Of a DNA stretch of 64,000 nucleotides, positions 1 through 9,810 are shown one piece after another. The notes under the pieces were generated by a model. It saw only the letters and a program-made list of their open reading frames with translations. It ran no database searches and was not told the origin of the DNA. The number at the start of each line of letters is the position of its first letter. Position 1 is the first letter of the stretch. The DNA comes from Polyangiales bacterium (GTDB lineage Bacteria; Myxococcota_A; Polyangia; Polyangiales; Polyangiaceae): contig JBBRLQ010000005.1 of the NCBI GenBank assembly GCA_038231275.1, positions 96,001 to 160,000 on the forward strand, read 5' to 3'. Made by a program: the position numbers and the translations under genes.

Positions 1-6
1 CGCGAC

Positions 7-684
7 GTGGACGTCATCCTCGTCGCGCGTGGCGGTGGGTCGGCCGACGAGCTCATGGCGTTCAACGACGAGGCGCTCGTGCGCGCCGTCGCGTCGTGCC
101 GCGTGCCCGTGGTCAGCGCGGTGGGCCACGAGGTGGACGTCACGCTCTGCGATTTCGCGGCCGATCAGCGCGCCGCCACGCCGTCGCAAGCGGCGGAGAT
201 GGCGGTCCCCGATACGAGGGCGCGCCGAACGCTGCTGGGCGAGCGCAAAAATAGGCTCCTCAGGGCCATGCGCGCGCAGATCGCCGACGACCAGCAGACG
301 AAAGACGATCGCGCGACGCGCCTCGCTGCCGCCGTGCACCGCACGCTTGCGCGAAGGAAGGAGAGCGGCCACGCGGTCACCGTGCGCCTCGCCGCGCTCC
401 ACCCCCGCGCAGTCATCTCGCGCGAGCGCGCCGACGTGGTGCGGATGGAGCACCGCATCGCCAGCGCCGCGCGCGCGCTCCTCGCCCGTCGCGCGTCGTC
501 GAACGGCTCGCTCGCCGCGCGCCTCGACGCCATGAGCCCGCTCAAGGTGCTGGGCCGCGGCTACGCCATCGCCACGCGCGCGGACGGTCGGGCAATCCGC
601 TCGCCGGCCGACGTGGACGACGGCGCGCGCATCGCGGTTCGGGTCGACGGCGGAGAGATCGTGGCGGACGTGGTGAAGTCGTGA
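7..684 (+). CDS. xseA: Exodeoxyribonuclease VII large subunit, C-terminal part (5' end outside window)
   Basis: Motifs [37 protein letters not shown] and C-terminal [16 protein letters not shown] segment. Confidence 0.95.
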   Translation: MDVILVARGGGSADELMAFNDEALVRAVASCRVPVVSAVGHEVDVTLCDFAADQRAATPSQAAEMAVPDTRARRTLLGERKNRLLRAMRAQIADDQQTKDDRATRLAAAVHRTLARRKESGHAVTVRLAALHPRAVISRERADVVRMEHRIASAARALLARRASSNGSLAARLDAMSPLKVLGRGYAIATRADGRAIRSPADVDDGARIAVRVDGGEIVADVVKS

Positions 685-1442
685 AATTCGCGGTCGTGGG
701 CGACAAGGTCGCCCACTCCAAGAGCCCGCGCATGCACGCGGCGGCGTACGCGGCGCTCGGGATGGATCACACGTACGAGGCGATCCGCGCGACGGCCGCC
801 GAGCTGCCCGCGGTCGTCGCGCGGTTGCGGGCGGGTGAGCTCGGGGGGATGAACGTGACGGTGCCCCACAAGGTCCGCGTCCTCGATCTCGTCGACGTCG
901 TCGCGCCCAGCGCCGCCGCGGTCGGCGCCGCGAATACGCTGGTGCGCGACGCCGGCGGGCGCATCACCGCGCACAACACCGACGTCCCCGCGCTCGCCGC
1001 CGAGCTCGCGCTCCTCGGTCCTCCTGCGGGCGCAGCGCTGGTCCTCGGCACCGGCGGAGCGAGCCGCGCAGCGGTGACGGCGCTTCGTGACCACCTTCGC
1101 GTCGCGCGCGTCACCGTCCGAGGTCGTCCCCTCGTTTCTGACTCCGCGATCGAGAGGGACGTCGCCATCGTCGTCCAAACGACCAGCTGCGGAATGACCG
1201 GCGCCGATCCCGGCGAGATCGTCCGTGACGCCGTCGCATGGGACGCGTTGGCTGCCGGGGCCGTCGTCCTCGACGTGGTGTACGCGCCCGAGGAGACGCC
1301 GCTCCTCGCCGAAGCGCGCCGCCGTGGCCACCCCGCCGCGAACGGCCTCGGCATGCTCGCGCGCCAAGGAGCGCTCGCCTTCGAGCTCTGGCTCGGCGTC
1401 CCCGCTCCGCTCGCCGCGATGGCCGCGTCCCTGGGCGCGTAG
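681..1442 (+). CDS. aroE: Shikimate dehydrogenase
   Basis: [39 protein letters not shown] and [10 protein letters not shown] motifs; GTGA overlap with xseA. Confidence 0.93.
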   Translation: MKFAVVGDKVAHSKSPRMHAAAYAALGMDHTYEAIRATAAELPAVVARLRAGELGGMNVTVPHKVRVLDLVDVVAPSAAAVGAANTLVRDAGGRITAHNTDVPALAAELALLGPPAGAALVLGTGGASRAAVTALRDHLRVARVTVRGRPLVSDSAIERDVAIVVQTTSCGMTGADPGEIVRDAVAWDALAAGAVVLDVVYAPEETPLLAEARRRGHPAANGLGMLARQGALAFELWLGVPAPLAAMAASLGA

Positions 1443-1465
1443 TTCGGAGTGGTGTACCTGGGACC

Positions 1466-2560
1466 ATGCGTCTTCGCGCCATCGACTGGGTCCGCGGCCT
1501 CGTCATGCTCCTCATGACGGTCGATCACGCGGGCAACATCTTCGACGCCGCCCACATGCACGGAGACGCCGCGCACGATTGGATCGTCGGCTCACCCTTG
1601 CCGGCGGGCGAATTTCTCACGCGCTGGATCACGCACCTCTGCGCGCCCACCTTCGTTCTGCTCGCCGGCGCGTCGCTGGCGCTCTCGGCGGAGAAGCGAC
1701 GCGGCCAGCCCGGGCAGACGCGCTTCATCGTCACCCGCGGCCTCTTCATCGCGGCGCTCGACCCGTTGTGGATGACGTTCGCGTTCGTCCAGTACCGCTT
1801 CTTCGTCTTCCAGGTGCTCTACGCCATCGGAATCTCGATGGTCTGCATGGCGGGACTGCGCCGCCTCTCCTCCCGCGCGCTCCTCGGCGGCGCGTTCGCG
1901 ATCCAGGTTTTTGGCGAGCTCTCGGCGCACGTTCACCCGGGCGCGCAGCCTTTACGCGCTGTGTGGAGCCTCCTCTTCGTGGGCGGTTGGGTGACCGATC
2001 AGGTGGTGTGCGCGTACCCGCTCGTGCCGTGGCTCTCGATCATGATGATGGGTTGGGTGCTTGGCCGCTGGCTCCTCGAGCCGCGCGCGGCGTTGTCGCG
2101 AGCACGGGCGCTCGCGCTCGTGGGCGTCCTCTCGCTCGGCATCTTCGGCGTCGTTCGCGGCATCGACGGGTACGGCAACTGGAACCTCCACCGCGACTCG
2201 CTCGACGTCCTCCAGTGGCTCCACGTCGCGAAGTACCCGCCGTCGATCGCGTTCACGACGCTCGAGCTCGGGATTTCGCTCCTCTTGCTCGCGGGCTTCA
2301 CCACGCTCGAGGACTCGGCGCGGGCACGACGGCCCCTCGCGCTCCTGTCTCTGCTCGGCGCGACGGCGTTCTTCTTCTACCTGCTGCACGCCCATCTCAT
2401 GTGGGGAGCGCAGGCGCTGCTCCACCTCGATCGCGATCACGGCGGCCTCGCCAAGACGTGGCTGGCCGCGGCGCTCGCCGTCGCCGTCCTGGTCGGTCCG
2501 TGCTGGCTGTACCGCCGCTACAAGGCGGCGCACCCCGACGGGTGGACGCGCTACGTTTGA
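1466..2560 (+). CDS. DUF1624 / HGSNAT-like membrane acyltransferase
   Basis: RLRAIDWVRGLVMLLMTVDH, TRWITHLCAPTFVLLAG and KYPPS motifs; many TM segments. Confidence 0.8.
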   Translation: MRLRAIDWVRGLVMLLMTVDHAGNIFDAAHMHGDAAHDWIVGSPLPAGEFLTRWITHLCAPTFVLLAGASLALSAEKRRGQPGQTRFIVTRGLFIAALDPLWMTFAFVQYRFFVFQVLYAIGISMVCMAGLRRLSSRALLGGAFAIQVFGELSAHVHPGAQPLRAVWSLLFVGGWVTDQVVCAYPLVPWLSIMMMGWVLGRWLLEPRAALSRARALALVGVLSLGIFGVVRGIDGYGNWNLHRDSLDVLQWLHVAKYPPSIAFTTLELGISLLLLAGFTTLEDSARARRPLALLSLLGATAFFFYLLHAHLMWGAQALLHLDRDHGGLAKTWLAAALAVAVLVGPCWLYRRYKAAHPDGWTRYV

Positions 2561-2585
2561 GGGCGGGCGTGGTAGACCGGGAACC

Positions 2586-4256
2586 GTGGCGCCGCGCACC
2601 CGTCGACGCATCCTGCTGGCGCTCGGTGTCGTTCTCGTCGCCGCGATCGGCGTCATCGCGTGGCGCGTGCTGGCGCGCCGTACGAAGGTCGAGCCGCGCG
2701 TGGTCGAGATCGTCGCGCTCGGCCAAGTCCTTGGCGCGCTCGAGCTGGAGCGGAGCGTCACGGTGCCCATCGAGATTGCGGTGAGCGGCGCGTCGAGCGT
2801 CGCGCGCGTCTCCAGCGTGACCTCGCAGGACAGGTCCGTCGTGCGTGCGCTTCTGTCTCCCAAGGCAGACGAGGCCTCCGCCCGCATGGAGATCCTGGAG
2901 CGCCTCCGGAGCGCGGCCCTCCCCGAGCGGGTGAGCCCCGCGCTCGCGCCTGCGGGCGGCGGTGTCACGCTCACGTACGCGCTCGTGCCGGCGCCGACGA
3001 CCGATCCGATCGCGCTGCGAACGCTCCAGGACTGGGACGTCGAGCGCGCGCTGCTCACGGTCTCCGGGGTCGCTGCGGTGAGCGCGTGTGGTGGACGCGC
3101 GAAGCGGATCGAGGTCGTGATCGACCCGGCGCGCCTACGGGCGTTCGGCATCGCTCCGACCGCAGTGGTCGACGCGATCGCTGGCGCGCCACGGCTCCGC
3201 ATGGACGACCTCGCTGTCCTCGTGGTCGCGTCGAAAAACGGCGCGCCGGTCAAAGTGGCAGACGTCGCCGCGGTCACCGTGGGAAGCGCGTCCCCGGACT
3301 GCGGTGCGTTCCGCGACGGCAAGGAGCTGATCGTGGGAGAGGTCGTGCTTCGACCTGGCGCAGACGCCGCGGCGATCGCGGCAATCGTCGCGCGCCTTCA
3401 GGCGCTTTCGGCGCGGTGGCCCGGCGCGCGCCTAGAGCCCCTGGAGACCGACGCGCGCGCCCATTGGATCCATGCGCGTGTCGCCTCCCCTGGCGACGCG
3501 ACGGACGCGCTCGTCGCTGCCGCGCGGGCCTCTGGCGACGTCACGGACGTGCTCACGCGACGTCGCGACGACGAGATGGAGATCCTGGCGCACGTGCGCA
3601 CCGGCGCGGCGATCGGCGACGCGGCGCGCGCGATGGCCCGCGCGATCGAGAAGGTCCCAGGCGCCCGCTACGACATCACCTCGCCCGCCGCCCCGCTCGC
3701 GCGCGAGCTGCGCGTCGTGCGCGCGCGACTGCAAGGCGAAGATCTCGAAGCGCTACGCGGTGCGGCGGACGCGGCGGTTGGGGTGCTCGCCGACGTCCCC
3801 GGCGTCCACGGCGTCGCCGCGCCCGACGCGCGCAGGTCCCCGCGCGCCACAGTCGTCCCCGACCGCTCCGCGCTCGCGCGCTTTGGCGTCTCACTCGGGA
3901 GCTTCGCAGAGCTCGTCGAGGTCGCGCTCGGCGGCCGGGTGGCAGGCACGCTCTACGAGGGGGAGCGGCGCTTCGACGTCGTGGTGCGCTTGCCCCGCAT
4001 CGGCGACGCCAAGGACCTCGCCGATCTCACGATCGCGACCCCGAGCGGCGCGTCGGTCCCTCTCACCTCGTGCGCGCAAGTGAAGCTCGAGGACGAGCCG
4101 GCGCGGATCACGCGCGACGGCGGACGTCGCGCCCTCGATGTCCTCTTCGACGCCCCCGATCCGCGCGTCCTCGAGGCCGCGCGGGCGCGCCTCGCCACGA
4201 CCCTGAAGCTTCCCGTCGGCGTCGAGCTCACGTTCACGCGCGCGGGCGAGGAGTGA
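2586..4256 (+). CDS. Single-TM protein with AcrB/CusA-type RND periplasmic subdomains only
   Basis: LRTLQDWDVERALLTVSGVA, IEVVIDPARL and GTLYEGERRFDVVVRL are CusA-like; no RND TM bundle. Confidence 0.7.
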   Translation: MAPRTRRRILLALGVVLVAAIGVIAWRVLARRTKVEPRVVEIVALGQVLGALELERSVTVPIEIAVSGASSVARVSSVTSQDRSVVRALLSPKADEASARMEILERLRSAALPERVSPALAPAGGGVTLTYALVPAPTTDPIALRTLQDWDVERALLTVSGVAAVSACGGRAKRIEVVIDPARLRAFGIAPTAVVDAIAGAPRLRMDDLAVLVVASKNGAPVKVADVAAVTVGSASPDCGAFRDGKELIVGEVVLRPGADAAAIAAIVARLQALSARWPGARLEPLETDARAHWIHARVASPGDATDALVAAARASGDVTDVLTRRRDDEMEILAHVRTGAAIGDAARAMARAIEKVPGARYDITSPAAPLARELRVVRARLQGEDLEALRGAADAAVGVLADVPGVHGVAAPDARRSPRATVVPDRSALARFGVSLGSFAELVEVALGGRVAGTLYEGERRFDVVVRLPRIGDAKDLADLTIATPSGASVPLTSCAQVKLEDEPARITRDGGRRALDVLFDAPDPRVLEAARARLATTLKLPVGVELTFTRAGEE

Positions 4257-4401
4257 CGCCGCGGCCGCAGAGCCCTCCGGGTCGGGCGCGCCGTCGGTCA
4301 GGAGGCCGTCACTTGCCTCGTCGAGGGCCTGAAGTAGAAATATTCCGAGAAACCGATTCTGCCTCTGCGCGTCCGACGGCGAAGTGTGGCAAGAATTGGC
4401 G

Positions 4402-5355
4402 GTGGCGCAGAAGAACCGGCAACGCCTCGGATACCGCAGGATCGTCCAGCTCCTCGTCTACCTGATCATCATCCCGACGGTCCTCCTCCTCAGCCTGGGC
4501 ATCGTCCTGATGTTCATCGGCGAGGCGCGCGTGAACATCGTCCTCGGCATCCTCACGGTGAGCTTCGTCTCCGTCATGGTGACGGGCGGAATCCTCGTCC
4601 TCGTCTTCGTGCGCCGCGAGGCCAACCTCTCCGAGCTGCAAGCCGACTTCGTTTCGAAAGTGAGCCACGAGCTGCGCACGCCGCTCACCGCCATTCGCCT
4701 CTTCGCCGAGACGCTCGCAAAGACGCAAGACGAAGAGACGAAGGCCAAGTGCCTCGCCGTCATGACGACCGAGGTCGAGCGCCTCTCGCGCCGCATCGAG
4801 CGCCTCCTCGACTGGGGCCGCATGGAGGCGGGACGTAAGGCGTACGATCTCCACGAGGAGAGCGTGCAGCAGATCGTGGACGACGCGATCGCCGCCTTTC
4901 CTGCGGTGCGCTTCGATCAGGTGCGCTTCGAGAGCGAGGTCCCCGAGGGCACGCCGATGGTCATCGCCGATCGTCCGGCGCTCGTGGACGCGCTCGTGAA
5001 CCTGCTCTCCAACGCGCACAAATACGGCGGCTCGCCGCCCATCATCACCCTGCGCGTGCACACGTCGCCCAAGGGGGAGGTCTCGTTCGAGGTCAGCGAC
5101 AACGGTGACGGCATCGCGCACCCCGAGCATCGCCGCATCTTCGACAAGTTCTACCGCATCGACGATCGCCTCTCGCGCACGCGCGAAGGGAGCGGGCTCG
5201 GGCTCGCCATCGTCAAGCACACCGTGCGCGCGCACGACGGGCGCATCGCGGTCGAGAGCGCGAAAGGCAAAGGGTCGACGTTCCGCATCACGCTGCCGCC
5301 GCGCAAGAAGGCTATCGAGCAGCTCAAAATCGCGGTAAAACCGGTCGCCCAATGA
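4402..5355 (+). CDS. Sensor histidine kinase (2 TM, HisKA + HATPase)
   Basis: H-box [13 protein letters not shown]-box [31 protein letters not shown]. Confidence 0.93.
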   Translation: MAQKNRQRLGYRRIVQLLVYLIIIPTVLLLSLGIVLMFIGEARVNIVLGILTVSFVSVMVTGGILVLVFVRREANLSELQADFVSKVSHELRTPLTAIRLFAETLAKTQDEETKAKCLAVMTTEVERLSRRIERLLDWGRMEAGRKAYDLHEESVQQIVDDAIAAFPAVRFDQVRFESEVPEGTPMVIADRPALVDALVNLLSNAHKYGGSPPIITLRVHTSPKGEVSFEVSDNGDGIAHPEHRRIFDKFYRIDDRLSRTREGSGLGLAIVKHTVRAHDGRIAVESAKGKGSTFRITLPPRKKAIEQLKIAVKPVAQ

Positions 5356-6044
5356 ACGAGCGGTCCAAGCGTCGCGTGCTCGTCGTGGAGGACGACGCCT
5401 CGATCGCGCTCGGCCTACGGATCAACCTCGAGGGCGAGGGGTACACGGTGGAGGTCGCGGAGGACGGCGAGCGCGGCCTCGAGCTGGTTCGCGCCGAGCA
5501 GCCCGACATCGTGATCCTCGACGTGATGCTCCCGCGCATGAACGGCTTCGAGGTGCTCCAGACCTTGCGTCGCGAAGGCCGGCAGATGCCGATCATCATC
5601 CTGTCGGCGAGGAACGCAGAAATGGACAAGGTGACCGGCCTCGAGCTCGGGGCCGAGGACTACGTCGCGAAGCCCTTCAGCCTCGCCGAGCTGCTCGCCC
5701 GCGTGCGCGCCGCGCTCCGTCGTGGGCCTATGGCCATCGCGCCCAAGCGCATCGTCTTCGGCGACGTCGCAATCGACATCGAAGCCCGCAGCGTGCGCCG
5801 CGCCGGGGAGCTCGTCGACATGACGGCGACCGAGTTCGACGTCCTCATGTGCATGGTGGACCTGCGCGGCCGCGCGCTCACGCGTGAAGAGATCTTCAAA
5901 AAGGTGTGGGGCGAGAACCATCACGGGACACCGCGCACCATCGACAACTTCATGCAGCAGCTGCGCGCGAAGCTGGAGGCCGACCCGCAGGAGCCGCGCT
6001 TCTTCCAGACGGTGCGCGGCGTCGGGTATCGCTTCGACGGCTGA
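5352..6044 (+). CDS. OmpR/PhoB-family response regulator
   Basis: VLVVEDD, LDVMLP, KPF and C-terminal [13 protein letters not shown] overlap with the kinase. Confidence 0.95.
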   Translation: MNERSKRRVLVVEDDASIALGLRINLEGEGYTVEVAEDGERGLELVRAEQPDIVILDVMLPRMNGFEVLQTLRREGRQMPIIILSARNAEMDKVTGLELGAEDYVAKPFSLAELLARVRAALRRGPMAIAPKRIVFGDVAIDIEARSVRRAGELVDMTATEFDVLMCMVDLRGRALTREEIFKKVWGENHHGTPRTIDNFMQQLRAKLEADPQEPRFFQTVRGVGYRFDG

Positions 6045-6087
6045 CGACGTGACCGCGGCGCGGTTCTGCGCTAGATCCCGCGTCCCC

Positions 6088-6555
6088 ATGGAAACGTCGC
6101 TCCTCCGCTCGTACCTGGCGACGGTCTACGAGCTCCCGACCGCGAACGGCCCGATCCGCGCCTCGCTCGACGGTGACGTCGTGACCGATCCGTCGACGTT
6201 GCCCGAGCTCCTCACGCGCCCGTTCACGGTGCTCACCGCCTACAACCCGCGATCGATGCTCCTGCCGCGCAAGGTCAACGAGTCGCGGCACGTCGTCCTC
6301 CGCGATCTGCTCATCCTGGGCTGCTACCGCGTCGAGTCGTGCGTCGGCTACGAGGAGGACCCCGAGGGGACCTGGCGCGAGCCGTCGTGGCTCGTGCATG
6401 GGATGGATCGCGACGAGGCGATCGCCTTCGGGCGCGTCTTCCGGCAGAACAGCATCCTCCTCTGCAAGAGCGGGCGGCCGGAGCTCATCGTCACCGATCC
6501 GACGTGCGACGACTTGGGTCGCACGATCGTCGGCAACTGGCGCGTGCGCAATTAG
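6088..6555 (+). CDS. DUF3293-family protein
   Basis: LTAYNPRS, WREPSWLV and AIAFGRVFRQNSIL motifs. Confidence 0.7.
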   Translation: METSLLRSYLATVYELPTANGPIRASLDGDVVTDPSTLPELLTRPFTVLTAYNPRSMLLPRKVNESRHVVLRDLLILGCYRVESCVGYEEDPEGTWREPSWLVHGMDRDEAIAFGRVFRQNSILLCKSGRPELIVTDPTCDDLGRTIVGNWRVRN

Positions 6556-6613
6556 TGCAGAAGTCGTTTGCGCGGCGGGCAAACGACTGGAGCGACCCAC
6601 AAGACGCGCAGCT

Positions 6614-7609
6614 TCACTCGGCGTCCTTCGCGCAGCGGAAGCCGGTCATCACCAGTCGGAAGCGTCCGGGATGGTGGACGCGGTTCATGCTTCGGAGGCC
6701 GGGGCCGTCGTAGTTGTACGCGCCGCCGCGCAGAACGTGCTCGCACTCGGTCGGGATCGGGTTCGAGCCGGTGAAGCCTTGCTTGCCGTCCGCGCGGAGC
6801 TGCTGCAGCGATTTCATGATCTCCGGGCACGTGCCGGGAACTCCCTTCGCGGCGCCGGCGCGGGTGTAGGCGATCGGATCGTACTCGTCCTCGATCCACT
6901 CCCACACATTGCCCGCGAGATCGTCGTGACCGTAGGGGCCGCGACCGGTCGGGTGCGATCCGACGTCGTCCGTACCCTCGGCGCCGTACGCGCGACCGAA
7001 GACGGTTCGCTCGCGCGTCGCGGGCTCGTTGCCCCACGGGAATCTGCGCCCGTCGTCGCTGCGGCACGCCTTTTCGAACTCGGCCTCGCGGGGCAGGCGC
7101 TTGCCCTTCCACGCGCAGAACGTGCGTCCGTCGTTCCACGTGACGCCGTTGACCGGCTGCTTCGGGCGCGAGAAGAGCGTGTCGGGCCCCGCGTGCGTCG
7201 AGCTCGCGATGTGCGTGTTCGACGGGCCGCACGCCTTCGCGGCGACGCACGCGGCGTACGCCTCGTTCGTGACCTCGGTGCGATCGAGCCAAAATGCCCC
7301 CAAGGTGACCTGGTGCGCGGGCCGCTCGTCGTCCTCGCCGCCGCTGTCGCCGCCCATCGTGAAGGATCCGGCGGGCACGAAGAGCATGCCCTCGGGCGCC
7401 GGCGCGCTCGCGTCGACCGTCGCAGCTTCGTCAGCCCCGGATGGGGACGCGTCGAAGGACGCGTCGACGCCGGCATCGACGGCATCGGGGACCACAGGGT
7501 GGTCGCTCGAGCTGCCGGTCCCGGCGGGGGGGATCGGCGTGGACGTGGGCGTGCTCGCCGAGGGACAGCCGCTCAGGAGCGCTACGATAAGGACGATTGC
7601 CGTTCGCAC
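6614..7609 (-). CDS. Formylglycine-generating enzyme (SUMF1/EgtB/PvdO)-family lipoprotein
   Basis: Lipobox LSGC; FWLDRTEVTN, RLPREAEFEKA, DLAGNVWEW, VLRGG and GFRCA motifs. Confidence 0.88.
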   Translation of the reverse strand: MRTAIVLIVALLSGCPSASTPTSTPIPPAGTGSSSDHPVVPDAVDAGVDASFDASPSGADEAATVDASAPAPEGMLFVPAGSFTMGGDSGGEDDERPAHQVTLGAFWLDRTEVTNEAYAACVAAKACGPSNTHIASSTHAGPDTLFSRPKQPVNGVTWNDGRTFCAWKGKRLPREAEFEKACRSDDGRRFPWGNEPATRERTVFGRAYGAEGTDDVGSHPTGRGPYGHDDLAGNVWEWIEDEYDPIAYTRAGAAKGVPGTCPEIMKSLQQLRADGKQGFTGSNPIPTECEHVLRGGAYNYDGPGLRSMNRVHHPGRFRLVMTGFRCAKDAE

Positions 7610-7685
7610 CCACGCGCCTCCGCATGCTAGGAGATAACCGTATCGTGGCGACGCGTCGCGGACATTCGAATCGGAAGGCGCGCGG

Positions 7686-8048
7686 TTGAGCGCGTCGCCG
7701 CTCCTCATCCTGGTCGTGGACGACGATCGCCTCGTCCGCGCGGCGATGGTGCGCACGCTGAAGCGCGTGCCCGCGGCCACCGTTCACGACTTTCCCGACG
7801 GCCCCGCCGCCCTCGAGGCGCTCGAAGGCAAGGCGTACGACGTCGCGGTCCTCGACCTCAAGATGCCGGGGATGGATGGCGTCGAGCTCGGGACGGCGTT
7901 GCGCGCGAAGCTCCCCACGCTTCGACTGGTGTTCGTGACCGCGGATCCTCACGGCGATCTCGCCCAGCGCGCGCGGCTGCTCAATCCCGCGGGCGTCCTC
8001 GCGAAGCCGTGGACGCCCGACGAGCTGGTCGCGCTGCTTCGTCCGTAG
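7686..8048 (+). CDS. Single-domain response regulator (CheY-like)
   Basis: ILVVDDD, LDLKMPGMDG and KPW motifs. Confidence 0.88.
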   Translation: MSASPLLILVVDDDRLVRAAMVRTLKRVPAATVHDFPDGPAALEALEGKAYDVAVLDLKMPGMDGVELGTALRAKLPTLRLVFVTADPHGDLAQRARLLNPAGVLAKPWTPDELVALLRP

Positions 8049-8092
8049 AGGAGAAACGGCGCGAGTCGTGGTATTCGCTGCCTGGCACGCGC

Positions 8093-9064
8093 ATGATTTC
8101 GGTCCAGAACCTCGTGAAGCGCTACGACGGCCGCCTCGCCGTCGACGGCGTCTCGTTCGAGGTCGAAAAGGGTGAGGTCGTCGGGTTCCTCGGCCCCAAC
8201 GGCGCCGGCAAGAGCACCACGCTGCGCATCCTCGCCGGCTTCCTCGGAATGACGAGCGGCAAGGTGGAGGTGTGCGGCCACGACATCCAGGACGCGCCGC
8301 ACGAGGCGAAGAAGCTCCTCGGGTACATGCCGGAGGCGGTCCCGCTCTACCCCGAGATGCGCGTCGCCGAGTACCTCACGTTCCGCGCCGAGCTGAAAGG
8401 CGTCCCGCGCGGGAAGCGCACATCGTTCGTCGACGACGCGATGCAGAAGGCGAACGTGCACGACGTCGCCAACCTCACCGTCGGCAAGCTCTCCAAGGGA
8501 TACCGCCAGCGCGTCGGGCTCGCGGACGCGCTGGTCGCCAAGCCGCCGCTCCTCATCCTCGACGAACCCACGGCGGGCCTCGACCCGAACCAGATCCGCG
8601 AGGTGCGCGACGTCATCCGCGCGCTCGGCAAGGAGCACACCGTCCTCCTGTCGACGCACATCCTCCACGAGGTCGAGCAGAGCTGCAGCAAGGTCGTCGT
8701 CATCGCCAAGGGCAAGCTCGTCGCGGCGGGGACGCTCGACGAGGTGCAGAAGAAGCGCCGTCCGCGCGGCGTCGAGATCGTGGTGCGTGGCGATGGCGCC
8801 CGTGCGCGTTCGGCCATCGAGGGCGTCGACGGCGCGACCAAGGTGAAGGTGGATGCGGCGGGCGACGTGCTCCACGCCTCGGCGACCTGGGGAAAGAAGC
8901 TCGACGCCGACGCGATCGGCGTCGCCATCGAGAAGACCGTCGCTGCGCTCGTCGGCGCCGGGCTGAGCGTTCGCGAGGTCCGTCCCATCGGCAGCTCGCT
9001 CGAGGAGGTCTTCGTCGAGCTCACCCGCGGCGCGCGGCCGGACGACGCGGAGGAGCCGTCGTGA
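8093..9064 (+). CDS. ABC transporter ATP-binding protein (GldA-like)
   Basis: GPNGAGKST, LSKGYRQRVG and LILDEPT. Confidence 0.92.
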   Translation: MISVQNLVKRYDGRLAVDGVSFEVEKGEVVGFLGPNGAGKSTTLRILAGFLGMTSGKVEVCGHDIQDAPHEAKKLLGYMPEAVPLYPEMRVAEYLTFRAELKGVPRGKRTSFVDDAMQKANVHDVANLTVGKLSKGYRQRVGLADALVAKPPLLILDEPTAGLDPNQIREVRDVIRALGKEHTVLLSTHILHEVEQSCSKVVVIAKGKLVAAGTLDEVQKKRRPRGVEIVVRGDGARARSAIEGVDGATKVKVDAAGDVLHASATWGKKLDADAIGVAIEKTVAALVGAGLSVREVRPIGSSLEEVFVELTRGARPDDAEEPS

Positions 9065-9810
9065 GGGGCTTCTGGCCGATCTACAAGCGCGAGCTCTTCG
9101 CGTTCTTCGTGACCCCGCTCGCGTGGGTGCTCATCACGGTCTTCTTGCTCGTCCAGGGCATGCATTTCTTCCTGCTCGTCGATCACTTCGCGAGTCAGGC
9201 GCAGGTGACGAGCGATCAGACGCCGCTGCAGTCGTTCTTCGGCAACACGGTCCTCCTCTACTTGGTCATCTTTCTCCTCGTGCCGCCCATGACGATGCGT
9301 CTCTTCGCAGAGGAGCGTCGCAGCGGCACGATCGAGTCGCTCCTCACCACGCCGGTCTCCACCGTCGCCGTCGTCCTGTCGAAGTACCTCGCCGCGCTGA
9401 CGACGTACCTCGCGATGTGGGCGCCGACGCTCCTCTACCTCGTCATCCTGAAGCGCACCGGCACGCTCGACTGGCACGCGGCGATGGCGAGCTACCTCGG
9501 CGTCTCGCTCGTCGGCGCGGGGTACCTGTCGCTCGGGCTCCTGATGAGCGCGCTCACGAAGAGCCAGTTTCTCGCGCTCGTGATGACCGCGCTGGTGGTG
9601 CTGGTCCTCTTCATCCTCGGCATCGGCGAGTTCGTCGCGCGGGAGGGCACGCTCGCGCATTCCATCTGCCAGCACGTCTCGATCTGGGCGCACATGAACG
9701 ACTTCGCAAACGGCGTCGTCGACTCCCGGCGCCTCGTGTTCTACGGCACGCTCATCGTCCTGCCGCTCTTCCTGACGACGCGCGCCGTCGACGCGTGGAG
9801 GTGGGGATGA
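9061..9810 (+). CDS. ABC-2 permease (GldF-like)
   Basis: KRELFAFFVTPLAW and TMRLFAEERRSGTIESLLT; multi-TM. Confidence 0.88.
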   Translation: MRGFWPIYKRELFAFFVTPLAWVLITVFLLVQGMHFFLLVDHFASQAQVTSDQTPLQSFFGNTVLLYLVIFLLVPPMTMRLFAEERRSGTIESLLTTPVSTVAVVLSKYLAALTTYLAMWAPTLLYLVILKRTGTLDWHAAMASYLGVSLVGAGYLSLGLLMSALTKSQFLALVMTALVVLVLFILGIGEFVAREGTLAHSICQHVSIWAHMNDFANGVVDSRRLVFYGTLIVLPLFLTTRAVDAWRWG

